Positions 9,572-18,867 of a DNA stretch of 64,000 nt are shown piece after piece. The position numbers were made by a program, and so were the translations under genes. Position 1 is the stretch's first letter; every line of letters begins with the position of its first letter. The DNA comes from Limnothrix sp. BL-A-16 (GTDB taxonomy: Bacteria > Cyanobacteriota > Cyanobacteriia > CACIAM-69d). Where the stretch lies: the NCBI GenBank assembly GCA_041937175.2, contig CP166615.1:4128001-4192000 (forward strand), written 5' to 3'. The notes under the pieces were generated by a model. It had not been told where the DNA came from. It saw only the letters and a list, made by a program, of their open reading frames with translations, and did no database searches.

Positions 9572-10660
9572 ATGACGCAACCCAAGCGCGCCCTCATCAC
9601 CGGCATCACTGGCCAAGACGGCTCCTATTTGTCGGAACTGCTGCTCCAAGAGGGCTATGAAGTTCACGGCATCATCCGCCGCACCTCCACCTTCAACACC
9701 GATCGGATCGACCACCTCTACGAAGATCCCCACAACGAAGGCGTACGGTTGTTTCTGCACTACGGCGATCTGTGCGACGGTTCCACCCTCCGCCGGATCC
9801 TCGACAAGATTCAGCCCCACGAAGTCTATAACCTGGGGGCCCAGTCCCACGTGCGGGTGAGCTTTGACGAGCCGGAATATACCGTGGATGCCGTAGGGCT
9901 GGGCACCTTGCGGATTTTGGAGGCCCTGCGCGAAACCCAACAACGCACCGGCCAAGAAATTCGCTATTACCAAGCTGGCTCTTCCGAAATGTTCGGCAAG
10001 GTGCTGGAGGTTCCCCAAAAGGAAACAACCCCGTTTTATCCCCGCAGTCCCTACGCCTGCGCCAAGGTCTATGCCCATTGGCAAACGGTGAACTACCGCG
10101 AGTCCTACGGGCTGTTTGCCTGTAACGGCATTTTGTTTAATCACGAGTCGCCACGCCGGGGTGAAACCTTCGTGACCCGCAAGATTACGCGGGCCCTGTC
10201 GCGAATTTTGGCGGGAACCCAAAAGAAAATCTTTATGGGTAATCTCGATTCCAAGCGCGATTGGGGCTATGCCAAGGACTACGTGCGGGCCATGTGGCTG
10301 ATGTTGCAGCAGGAACAGCCCGATGACTACGTGGTGGCCACCAACGAAACCCACTCGATCCGTGAGTTTTTGGATGTGGCCTTTGGCTATGTGAATTTGG
10401 ACTGGCAGCAGTTTGTGGAGTTTGACCCACGCTACTTGCGGCCGGCTGAAGTGGATCTGTTGATTGGGGATGCGGGCCGAGCGAAGGAAAAGCTGGGCTG
10501 GGAGCCGTCGGTGACCTTTGAGGAATTGGTCAAGATCATGGTGGATGCGGATCTGCGGGCGATCGGGCTGGAGCCACCCGGCGAAGGGGAAGCCCTGATG
10601 CATCGAGAAGCGGCCACCGTGCGCCAGGACTCACCGATTACGGTGGACTTGGGCGGCTGA
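9572..10660 (+). CDS. gmd: GDP-mannose 4,6-dehydratase
   Basis: [36 protein letters not shown] and [16 protein letters not shown] motifs. Confidence 0.97.
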   Translation: MTQPKRALITGITGQDGSYLSELLLQEGYEVHGIIRRTSTFNTDRIDHLYEDPHNEGVRLFLHYGDLCDGSTLRRILDKIQPHEVYNLGAQSHVRVSFDEPEYTVDAVGLGTLRILEALRETQQRTGQEIRYYQAGSSEMFGKVLEVPQKETTPFYPRSPYACAKVYAHWQTVNYRESYGLFACNGILFNHESPRRGETFVTRKITRALSRILAGTQKKIFMGNLDSKRDWGYAKDYVRAMWLMLQQEQPDDYVVATNETHSIREFLDVAFGYVNLDWQQFVEFDPRYLRPAEVDLLIGDAGRAKEKLGWEPSVTFEELVKIMVDADLRAIGLEPPGEGEALMHREAATVRQDSPITVDLGG

Positions 10661-10705
10661 TGCGGGAAAGCCAGGGGGCTGCGGCCCAATCGCCCCAATC
10701 ATCAG

Positions 10706-10805
10706 TCGTGGGGGCAAGGGGCTGAAGGGCAAGGGGCTGAAGCCCCTTGTCTGCGTTGATCGCTGGGGCGAGCAGAGTGGCAGTTTCGGCTGTTTAGCGA
10801 TCCGC
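10706..10805. repeat. Palindrome CAAGGGGCTGAAGCCCCTTG (10730-10749) with a duplicated 15-bp left arm; degenerate family-2 MITE
   Basis: GGCAAGGGGCTGAAG occurs twice in tandem. Its right flank aligns with the reverse complement of 49371-49440. Confidence 0.7.
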
Positions 10806-12587
10806 TCAAGCTTCCCGATCGAGCCGCAATTCATGGATATTCCAGAATGCACCGCCGAGGGCATTCACCTTTAGCCCTTGGATCGTGTTCCGCACGGCCA
10901 CCAGAGAATAGGGCGTGATGAGGTGAATGAAGGGGAGATATTGCTGGGTTAACTGCTGGGTGCGGGCGTAAAGGGCGCGGCGCTTGGTTTCATCTAGCTC
11001 CTGGGAGGCTTGGGCATAGAGGCGATCGATCTCTAATTCCCAAGGGGCAAATTCCTGGCCCACCAGTTGCTTGCCGGGATCTGGCGTTTGGTTAAAGGCA
11101 TGGAGCCGGCCCGTGACCCGCCACACATTGGAACCACCGTGGGGTTCAACACCGCCGGTGAATCCCAGCAAATGGCATTCCCAATCCAGACTATCGGAGA
11201 GTTTGGAAACCAAGCTGCTAAAGGCGATCGGCTGGAGATCAACCTTCATTCCCAGTTTGGCCAGGTCTTGGGCAATTTGTGCGCCCATGGCTTCGCGAAT
11301 TTTGTTGCCCGCGTTGGTGATCAGGGTGAAGCGCACTCGGTTGCCGGCCGAGTCGAACAATTCCCCGTTGCGATTTTGGAAGCCGGCCTCGGTCAGCAGT
11401 TGACGCGATCGCTCCAGGTTGAAACCATAGGTCAGCAGCCCCTGTTCCGGTGAGAGGTAATAGGGACTTTGGCTGGCGATCGGGGAATGTTGCAGTTGTC
11501 CCAGCCCTCGAAAGATGCTGTCGATCATGGTTTGGCGATCGATCCCGTAGGCCACCGCCTGCCGAAATCGCAAATCATTAAACCAAGCAGACTTCACCGG
11601 ATCAACGAGAGGCTTACCGTCCCGTTTGCCCTTGTTCAAGTTGAAGCAAATGAACGAGGTGGTTAAGGTGGGGCCAGCGTTGTAGATCGTGAAGTTGCCG
11701 CGTTTTTCCTCCCGCTTCAGTAGGGAAAAATAGTCGGCGGTGACGCTGATTGAGTCCAAACCGCCCGATCGAAACTGCAAGAGGGAGGTGTCTTGGGATT
11801 CCACAATTTGCCAAACCCACTCTTCGATGTAGGGCTGGGGAGCGTTGTTGGGCCCCTTGCGCCAATAGTAGGGATTGCGCTCAAAAACCAGCCGTTGACT
11901 GGTGACGTATTCCTTGAGCCGGTAGGGGCCATTACCCACAATTTGGCTGGGTGGAGTGTCCACGCCCCAGGTGGTCAAAAATTGCGGCCGGCCATCGGTT
12001 CCCTTGGCTTTGAGGGTGGGCCGCAGGCGATGGGCGGGTAAAATGCCCACGCCCAAACTCCGCAAAAAAGGGGCAAAGGGTTCCGGAACGCTGAATTCCA
12101 CCTGGAGCGGGCCCAGCATTTTCACTTGGGGCAGTGCGTTGCTTTGGCCCACCCGCAACACGTCTCGAATGCCCGTAGGAATCGCTTCGTTAAAGAAGAC
12201 TTCATTGAAGGTGAAGGACACATCATCGGCAGTGAGGGGCGCACCATCCGACCAACGCAACCCCGATCGCAGGGTGACAACAATCCGCTGGCCGTTTTCG
12301 CTCATTTCCCAGCCTGCGGCCAGGGCCGGTTCCACTTTGCCGGTTTCTGGATCTTCTTCCACCAGGCCTTCGTAGGTGATGCCAAAGATGTTGGGCGATT
12401 CTTCGTTAATGGCGTAATTGAAGGTTTTGGGTTCGCTGAGGATGCTGGTGACCAGTGGCGATCGCCCGCCACCGCCCGTGCTGCCCGATCGCCCGCAACC
12501 CCCGATCGCCGCGATCGACAGCCCCCCCAAGGCCCACAGCAACCGCCGCCGAGTTAGCCCCACCGTCCAATCCGTTAACGTTGCCAT
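10806..12587 (-). CDS. ABC transporter substrate-binding lipoprotein (family 5, peptide/nickel type)
   Basis: TRRRLL twin-Arg/lipobox ..GGC, EPKTFN, LRWSDGAPLTADDVSFTF and GNGPYRL motifs. Confidence 0.9.
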   Translation of the reverse strand: MATLTDWTVGLTRRRLLWALGGLSIAAIGGCGRSGSTGGGGRSPLVTSILSEPKTFNYAINEESPNIFGITYEGLVEEDPETGKVEPALAAGWEMSENGQRIVVTLRSGLRWSDGAPLTADDVSFTFNEVFFNEAIPTGIRDVLRVGQSNALPQVKMLGPLQVEFSVPEPFAPFLRSLGVGILPAHRLRPTLKAKGTDGRPQFLTTWGVDTPPSQIVGNGPYRLKEYVTSQRLVFERNPYYWRKGPNNAPQPYIEEWVWQIVESQDTSLLQFRSGGLDSISVTADYFSLLKREEKRGNFTIYNAGPTLTTSFICFNLNKGKRDGKPLVDPVKSAWFNDLRFRQAVAYGIDRQTMIDSIFRGLGQLQHSPIASQSPYYLSPEQGLLTYGFNLERSRQLLTEAGFQNRNGELFDSAGNRVRFTLITNAGNKIREAMGAQIAQDLAKLGMKVDLQPIAFSSLVSKLSDSLDWECHLLGFTGGVEPHGGSNVWRVTGRLHAFNQTPDPGKQLVGQEFAPWELEIDRLYAQASQELDETKRRALYARTQQLTQQYLPFIHLITPYSLVAVRNTIQGLKVNALGGAFWNIHELRLDREA

Positions 12588-12650
12588 GTTCCTTGTTGCT
12601 TTGTTCTGGATCCGAACCGCTGCCTAGCCCTGATGCAATGGCTTCATGGC

Positions 12651-13733
12651 CTATGAAACGGCGGCCTCGGGCTTGGCAAAAATCATCCGCCCGGCGGAAG
12701 TTTGCAGGGCGCTGGTGACCACCACCCGCAATTCACCGCCCAAATAAGAATTGCCATCTTCGACCACCACCATCGTGCCATCGCTGAGATAGCCCACCCC
12801 TTGGGCTGGTTCCTTGCCTTCCCGGACAATTTTTAGCTCAATGCTGTCGCCGGGCAGGTAGGCGGGGCGCAGAGCATCGGCCAGGTCATTAACATTCAAG
12901 ACCGGGACGTTTTGTACCGTGGCCACCTTATTCAGGTTGTAGTCCGTGGTCAGCAATGCGCCGTTGATTTCTTGGGCCAGCCGCACCAGTTTGGCATCAA
13001 CGGTGGTGATGTCTTCGTAGTCGGCGGAGTGGATCGTGAGCCGATCGGGATAGGCCTCGCGCATCTGCTGCAAAATATCCAGACCTCGCCGCCCGCGCGA
13101 TCGCTTTTGGTCGCTGGCGGAATCGGCAATCCGCTGCAATTCCTGCAACACAAACTGGGGCACAATCAAGCGCCCTTCAATGAATTTGGTTTCCAGCAGG
13201 GCCGTCAGTCGGCCGTCAATGATGCAACTGGTGTCCACCACCTTGGCGGCGGCCGGAGCCAGGGTTCCTTCACTGACCAGGATGGATTCAACACTGTTGG
13301 GGTTAATTAACCGCAGGAACGATCGCCCGTGGGTGTCGGCCAACGATACGCCCGTGACCGCAAACAGCACACTACCCAACACCGCCACAAGGGGTTTGAT
13401 GAACGCCAGCTCCCAAGGAAACGGCAGCAGATACAAAGGAGCCAACATCAAGTTGGCCATCAACAGCCCCAACACCACCCCACCCGATCGGGTCAGCAGC
13501 CGATCGGGTGGCATTTGGCGCACCTGGTTTTCAATGCGTCGGTAGGTGGTTTGGCAAGCCAGCCCCAGCACCAAGCCAATCAGGGCCCCAAAACCCCCCG
13601 TGGCAAAGCTGAGGCCTTCCCGGTTGGTGACTTGGGCCAGGGTTTGGGCGGGCAGAAAGTCAATGCCGAAAAAGCCAATGCCCGCACCGGCGATCAGAAA
13701 TGAAAGGATAATTACGGTGTCAATCATGGTCAT
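12651..13733 (-). CDS. Membrane-anchored PIN/TRAM domain protein (YacL-like)
   Basis: TM segments, VDTSCIIDGR PIN motif and GKEPAQGVGYLSDGTMVVVE TRAM domain. Confidence 0.9.
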   Translation of the reverse strand: MTMIDTVIILSFLIAGAGIGFFGIDFLPAQTLAQVTNREGLSFATGGFGALIGLVLGLACQTTYRRIENQVRQMPPDRLLTRSGGVVLGLLMANLMLAPLYLLPFPWELAFIKPLVAVLGSVLFAVTGVSLADTHGRSFLRLINPNSVESILVSEGTLAPAAAKVVDTSCIIDGRLTALLETKFIEGRLIVPQFVLQELQRIADSASDQKRSRGRRGLDILQQMREAYPDRLTIHSADYEDITTVDAKLVRLAQEINGALLTTDYNLNKVATVQNVPVLNVNDLADALRPAYLPGDSIELKIVREGKEPAQGVGYLSDGTMVVVEDGNSYLGGELRVVVTSALQTSAGRMIFAKPEAAVS

Positions 13734-14162
13734 CGATCGAGTGGACGATCGCCCGAGTCATCGCGACCATTGCTTAGAGCATTGCTTGCAGGCGGTGGAT
13801 GCAGGAACGATCGCGGTGGCTAATTGCAGGCTCTTCGGTGGGTGGGGTGCTGAGTCGAATCGGGATCGGTCGCGGCGGTTGCTTCCGATCGCTCGCCCAT
13901 GGGCGGCGATTTATAACGATTGCGCCCAATTCTTGACAGAATTTGATGAGTATTATAGCCCCGTGGCTTGGTGGCTTTGGCTGAAACCCAGGGCGGTTAA
14001 CCGATCGAGCCAGTGAATCGAGCCAGCAAACCGAACGAGCTGATTTTCGTGCTCCCGCCAATCGATCCACATAAGCCGATCGCGCCAACCGGCAACACCG
14101 ACCCAAGACACCGACCCAAGACACCAATCCGAAACGCCGACCCGAAACGCCGACAGAATCCC

Positions 14163-15416
14163 ATGAGTCATCCCGTCGCCCTGGCCCTGTCCCCGCCCCG
14201 GGCCGCCTATTTGCACATTCCCTTCTGTCGGCGGCGTTGCTTCTATTGCGATTTCCCCATTTCCGTCGTGGGTGAGTTCAAGACCTTTCGCGATCGCCCC
14301 GACCAACCACCGGAACCCGCCACGGGCCGCAATAGCACCCAAATCATTGAATACTTGGCAGCCTTGGAGCGGGAAATTACCCTCGGGGCCGATCGCGCCG
14401 CCGCCGACCAACCGCCCTTGGAAACCGTCTTTTTTGGGGGCGGTACGCCGTCCCTGCTGGCCCCCGAACAGGTCGATCGGCTCTTGCAACTGCTTGATCG
14501 CCGCTTTGGGTTGGCTCCCCAAGTGGAAATTTCCATGGAACTCGATCCGGGTACGTTCGATCGCACCTGGTTGGCGGGCTTTTTGGCGGCTGGGGTCAAC
14601 CGCATTAGCCTGGGGGTGCAAGCCTTTCAAGCGGAATTGTTGACCGCCTGTGGCCGATCGCATGGAGTTCAAGATATTGAACAGGCCGTGGCCCTCTTGC
14701 AATCGGCGGGGGTCAAAAATTGGAGCCTAGATCTGATTTCGGGATTACCCAATCAGTCGATCGACCAGTGGCAAGCGTCCCTCGATCGGGCGGTGGCCTG
14801 TGGCCCGGCGCACCTGTCGGTTTATGACCTGATCATTGAGCCGCAAACCGTGTTCGATCGGCGCTACCAACCGGGCGATCGGCCCCTGCCCTCCGATGAA
14901 CAAACGGCTCAAATGTATCGGATGGCTTCCCAAACCCTTCAGGCAGTGGGCTTCCAGCACTACGAAGTTTCCAACTATGCCCGCTCGGGTTTTCAGTGTC
15001 GCCACAACCGCACCTACTGGGAAAATCGCCCCTACTACGGTTTTGGGATGGGAGCCACCAGCTATGTGGCCGGGCAGCGCTTTGGCCGGCCCCGCACCCG
15101 AGCTGCTTATTACGATTGGCTGAACCATGGCGCAATTGAACCACCCGCTTCACCCCAATCCGCGCCCGATCGATTGGCCGAAACCTTGATGTTGGGATTG
15201 CGGTTGGCGGAGGGCTTGGCCCTGGAACCCTTGCGTCGGGAATTTGGCCCGGTTTGGATCGATCGGGTGTTGCAATGCCTCGATCGATTTGTGGCGGAGG
15301 GCTGGGTGGTGCGATCGGGCGATCGACTTGCTCTTGCAGAACCGGATGGTCTGCTATTTTCTAACAGCATTCTTGCGGAAATTTTCAGCACATTGGAACA
15401 AGAACCCTTTCAATGA
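14163..15416 (+). CDS. hemW: Radical SAM heme chaperone HemW (HemN-like)
   Basis: YLHIPFCRRRCFYCDF, GGGTPS and YEVSNYA...HN..YW motifs. Start at 14163 is inferred. Confidence 0.88.
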   Translation: MSHPVALALSPPRAAYLHIPFCRRRCFYCDFPISVVGEFKTFRDRPDQPPEPATGRNSTQIIEYLAALEREITLGADRAAADQPPLETVFFGGGTPSLLAPEQVDRLLQLLDRRFGLAPQVEISMELDPGTFDRTWLAGFLAAGVNRISLGVQAFQAELLTACGRSHGVQDIEQAVALLQSAGVKNWSLDLISGLPNQSIDQWQASLDRAVACGPAHLSVYDLIIEPQTVFDRRYQPGDRPLPSDEQTAQMYRMASQTLQAVGFQHYEVSNYARSGFQCRHNRTYWENRPYYGFGMGATSYVAGQRFGRPRTRAAYYDWLNHGAIEPPASPQSAPDRLAETLMLGLRLAEGLALEPLRREFGPVWIDRVLQCLDRFVAEGWVVRSGDRLALAEPDGLLFSNSILAEIFSTLEQEPFQ

Positions 15417-16300
15417 TTCATTTGCCTAAGCATGATCAAATGTATGCCGTAACCATCGAGGCGCTTAAATTGCTGGGTGGTTCTGGCACAGTTCAGGAAA
15501 TCTATGATCAAGTTTGTGAACTTGAAGGATTTACAGAAGAGCAACAAAATGTTCTTCATAAGAATGGGCCGCAAACCGTAATTGCCTATCGATTAGCTTG
15601 GACAAGAACGTATCTTAAAAATTACGGTGCGATTGAAAGTAATGAACGAGGAAACTGGTCACTCACCGCAACTGGATGGCAGCTCACGCCAGCCACTATC
15701 AACCGAACTATGATTAATTCAGCTTCCAAGAAGCGAATTAGTCATCATGCTGATCAAGACCAGTTAGTCACTGAATCAGACATGGAAAGTTTTGATGAAT
15801 TGGTTGGTGATACTCAAGAGCCTGCTCTTCTTCTGAATTCAGATCAATGGATTGAAAAATTACTGGAAGTATTACAAAGTCTCTCCCCGGATGCCTTTGA
15901 GCGTTTGTGTCAGCGCATTTTACGAGAATCTGGGTTTACGAAGGTTCAAGTTACAGGGCGAAAAGGGGATGGAGGAATTGATGGCGTTGGTGTTTTGAAA
16001 ATCGCGCTCCTCAGCTTTCAAGTCTTCTTCCAGTGCAAACGATATAAAGGTTCCGTTGGCCCGGGTGAAATTCGAGATTTTCGAGGATCCATGATTGGCC
16101 GTACCGATAAGGGTTTATTTTTAACAACGGGAACTTTCACAGTTTCTGCTAAACAGGAAGCAACCCGCGATGGTGCGCCAGCTTTGGATCTCATTGATGG
16201 AGAAGAGCTATGTAGGCTATTAGTGAAGCTACAATTGGGTGTGAAAACCAAAACAATTGAAGTGGTAGAAATTAATCAAGATTGGTTTAAAAATCTTTGA
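15413..16300 (+). CDS. mrr: Mrr-family (type IV) restriction endonuclease
   Basis: Mrr_N winged helix (YRLAWTRTYLK) and catalytic DGGIDG...QCKRY motif. Lower GC than its flanks; overlaps the hemW stop codon (ATGA). Confidence 0.9.
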   Translation: MIHLPKHDQMYAVTIEALKLLGGSGTVQEIYDQVCELEGFTEEQQNVLHKNGPQTVIAYRLAWTRTYLKNYGAIESNERGNWSLTATGWQLTPATINRTMINSASKKRISHHADQDQLVTESDMESFDELVGDTQEPALLLNSDQWIEKLLEVLQSLSPDAFERLCQRILRESGFTKVQVTGRKGDGGIDGVGVLKIALLSFQVFFQCKRYKGSVGPGEIRDFRGSMIGRTDKGLFLTTGTFTVSAKQEATRDGAPALDLIDGEELCRLLVKLQLGVKTKTIEVVEINQDWFKNL

Positions 16301-16347
16301 CTTAATCAAGTTCTTGGCTAAAATTGAACTTTCAACCGGTTAAGACA

Positions 16348-16914
16348 ATGGTTGCTGCTTACTCCTACTTCAGCCCCGAGGAATATCTCAACCTAGAAGT
16401 CAATAGCCCCATGCGCCATGAATATCGATCGGGCTTGGTATATGCCATGGCCGGTGGAAGTGATGTTCATGACTTAATCAGCCTCGCGCTGGTGAGCCTA
16501 CTGCGATCGCGCCTGAAGGGGCAAGGCTGCTTCGTCCATTCAGGCAACGTGAAGGTGGGGCGAAATCATGATTTTTTCTACTACCCTGATGTTTTCGTTA
16601 CTTGCGATCCACGCGATCGGGACAATCGATATATTAAGTGTTATCCCTCATTGATTGCTGAAGTGCTATCCCCTTCAACGGAGCGGTTCGATCGGGGGGC
16701 CAAATTTGAAGACTATCAGCAACTAGAAACCCTAAGAACTTATCTTTTAATTTCCCAAGATCAAATGCAAGTGGAAGTGCGCCAGAAAAATGCATTAGGT
16801 ATCTGGGAAACAGAGCAATTTGGCCCGGGCGATCGATTCCAAATGGTTGGCTGGAATTGGGAAATTGCGGTGCTGGACTTATACGAAGATGTGCAATTTC
16901 TGGGTATTAGTTAA
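16348..16914 (+). CDS. Uma2 family (PD-(D/E)xK) endonuclease-like protein
   Basis: RHEYRSGLVYAMAGGS, YYPDVFVTCD and IAEVLSPSTERFDRGAKF motifs. Confidence 0.9.
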   Translation: MVAAYSYFSPEEYLNLEVNSPMRHEYRSGLVYAMAGGSDVHDLISLALVSLLRSRLKGQGCFVHSGNVKVGRNHDFFYYPDVFVTCDPRDRDNRYIKCYPSLIAEVLSPSTERFDRGAKFEDYQQLETLRTYLLISQDQMQVEVRQKNALGIWETEQFGPGDRFQMVGWNWEIAVLDLYEDVQFLGIS

Positions 16915-17079
16915 CTTTTGAATACGGTTCTTGGTGATCGAGTTGGGTTTTGTAAAGCTCAACCTAACCGACCGAGCTGTCGTGGCTGCCATTGAGGCCA
17001 TTTTGGCCGTGATCGTCATTTCCGAACGCTTCCTGGCCCGTTGGACAGAGGCAAACCAGGAACAATTTGAGTTAGGGTC

Positions 17080-17282
17080 TAGGGCCTATCGTCATTCTCT
17101 GGGATCAAGTGCAGACGGTTGATTTTTCGTGCCCTAATCGCCGTAACAAGGGGCTTAAGCCCCTTGTCCCCCACGATCCATCTAGGGTTGCAGGCTAAAC
17201 GACGACAGGCCCTAGGCCCCTTGCCCCCCACGATCCGTTAACGGTGGAATCAGGGCTTCATGGAACTGGACGACAGGCCCTA
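17080..17282. mobile_element. MITE (family 1) with a duplicated right half
   Basis: TAGGGCCTATCGTCA (17080) is inverted against GACGACAGGCCCTA at 17201 and again at 17269. Central palindrome at 17146-17167. Confidence 0.75.
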
Positions 17283-17290
17283 CGACCCTA

Positions 17291-18652
17291 CTAGGCGATC
17301 AGGTTTTTGAGGGATTGGTGAATTTCCTGGGTGACCGATTGGAGGGTGGCGCGGCGATTGGCTTTGTAGTCCGCTGCGCGATCGCTCACCCAAATCGGGT
17401 TCGCAACCCGTAACCAAACCGCCTGTTTGCCCAGTTGCGGGGGCTTGCTGGTGTCGTCTCCCTGAATCCAGGTGGTGACGCGCCACAAAATCATGAGCGT
17501 TTCGGCAAACCGTTCGGCGGTGGGCTTTTCGCGCACATAGCGGCCCGTGACGGCGGTGAACCGTTCCACTAGGCGCATGTGTTGCATTCGGAGAGTGGCT
17601 TCGGCGGCCACCCAGTTGGCCAAACCTCGCTCCACCGGGCAGCGCGATCGCCCGTCATCGCAGTAGATCCGATCCCAGCCGGCCTGTTCCAACCGACGGC
17701 AGCGCTCTTCAACCGTGCCGGTGTTGGTTACGCCAAAGTAGGCTTCTCCCACCCGTAATGCGGTATCCAAGAGATTTTTCAGCCGTTGGCCCATGCGTTC
17801 GTTGGGGTCGGGCAAGTCCACGATCGGGAGGGTTTGTTGATAGAAGGTTTGATAAAACTGCTCCACCAAGTCCAGGAGTCGATCGCCCAAGAGATATAAC
17901 CGCAGGTAGCGACCTTCTTCGGGGCTGGTGGGGGCGGTGGTTTTCAGGGGGTTCGTGAGGCCAAGGCTGGTTTCGATCGTGTCGATCAGCCGATCGATCC
18001 CGGCCCAAGGGGGCGAAAGGTAGGTGTATTGAATCCCGATCGGGACAATGGCCACCCGCTCCGATCTCCCGGCCGATCGCAAATCGTCCACCGTCCAAAA
18101 GGCCATTTGGGCCACGCCCGGTTCCAGGGGGCTAACAATTTCGCTGTGGCTGTTGGTTGCGCCTTCCGGGGCCGCCGCCAACGGAAACCGCCCGTTCAGC
18201 AACAGATCGCGAGCCGTTTTTAGCCCGGGGCGATCGAGCTTGCCGCGCTGCATTGACGTGCCGCCCAAGTGGGAAAACATCCAGGTCACTGCTTCCCCCG
18301 CCCAAAGGGGAATGCCGCGATCGTAGATAAAGTGTGTGTGCGGCCAATCCGGGAGCCGAATGCCCCGATCGCGCGCCGCCCGGGGCACTGCCTCCCACAA
18401 CAAGTGGGACATCACGAACGGATCATTGGTGCTGGGATGCCGAAAAGCCAAAATAAAGCGGAGTTTGCCCGCCTGGAAGTCGCGAAACAGTTCCGCCAAC
18501 GTTTCAGCATTTTCCGTATGGAGTTTTGCGATGCCCTGTTGGCGAATCAACCAAGGAAAGATCCAACGCGCCAACCGATGTACCCAAGGGGTGTAGTTGG
18601 GCGGAATGAATTCCAGAGTGGGCTGAATGCCGGAAGCGGATGCAGCGGGCAT
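17291..18652 (-). CDS. Lysophospholipid/glycerol acyltransferase family protein (PlsC-like)
   Basis: FRHPSTND (HxxxxD) and APEGAT motifs. Confidence 0.8.
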   Translation of the reverse strand: MPAASASGIQPTLEFIPPNYTPWVHRLARWIFPWLIRQQGIAKLHTENAETLAELFRDFQAGKLRFILAFRHPSTNDPFVMSHLLWEAVPRAARDRGIRLPDWPHTHFIYDRGIPLWAGEAVTWMFSHLGGTSMQRGKLDRPGLKTARDLLLNGRFPLAAAPEGATNSHSEIVSPLEPGVAQMAFWTVDDLRSAGRSERVAIVPIGIQYTYLSPPWAGIDRLIDTIETSLGLTNPLKTTAPTSPEEGRYLRLYLLGDRLLDLVEQFYQTFYQQTLPIVDLPDPNERMGQRLKNLLDTALRVGEAYFGVTNTGTVEERCRRLEQAGWDRIYCDDGRSRCPVERGLANWVAAEATLRMQHMRLVERFTAVTGRYVREKPTAERFAETLMILWRVTTWIQGDDTSKPPQLGKQAVWLRVANPIWVSDRAADYKANRRATLQSVTQEIHQSLKNLIA

Positions 18653-18867
18653 AGGGTTAATCAACAGTTGGTAGAGTGGTTACGAGCAATCAACGGCCAC
18701 CAAAGCCGCCCTGGCCTTGCCCAGTGGGGTTCAAGGCTTGGGAATCAACAGCATAGGCCCGATCGCCCCAGCACAATCGCCATTGGGTATCTGTATTTTG
18801 GCCGGTTGTGCCCAAGGAGAACGCGATTAGCGACCGCCTGGCCAGTTGTCTATTCAGGAGCGTGGGG

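Noticed and set aside
9569..10603. 344-aa antisense ORF over gmd, and similar shadows over pyk, tolC, rodA and gun4
   Set aside because: Typical antisense open frames of GC-rich genes.
16931..17122. 63-aa ORF after uma2
   Set aside because: No motif, TTG start, and it runs into the MITE end; at most a remnant.
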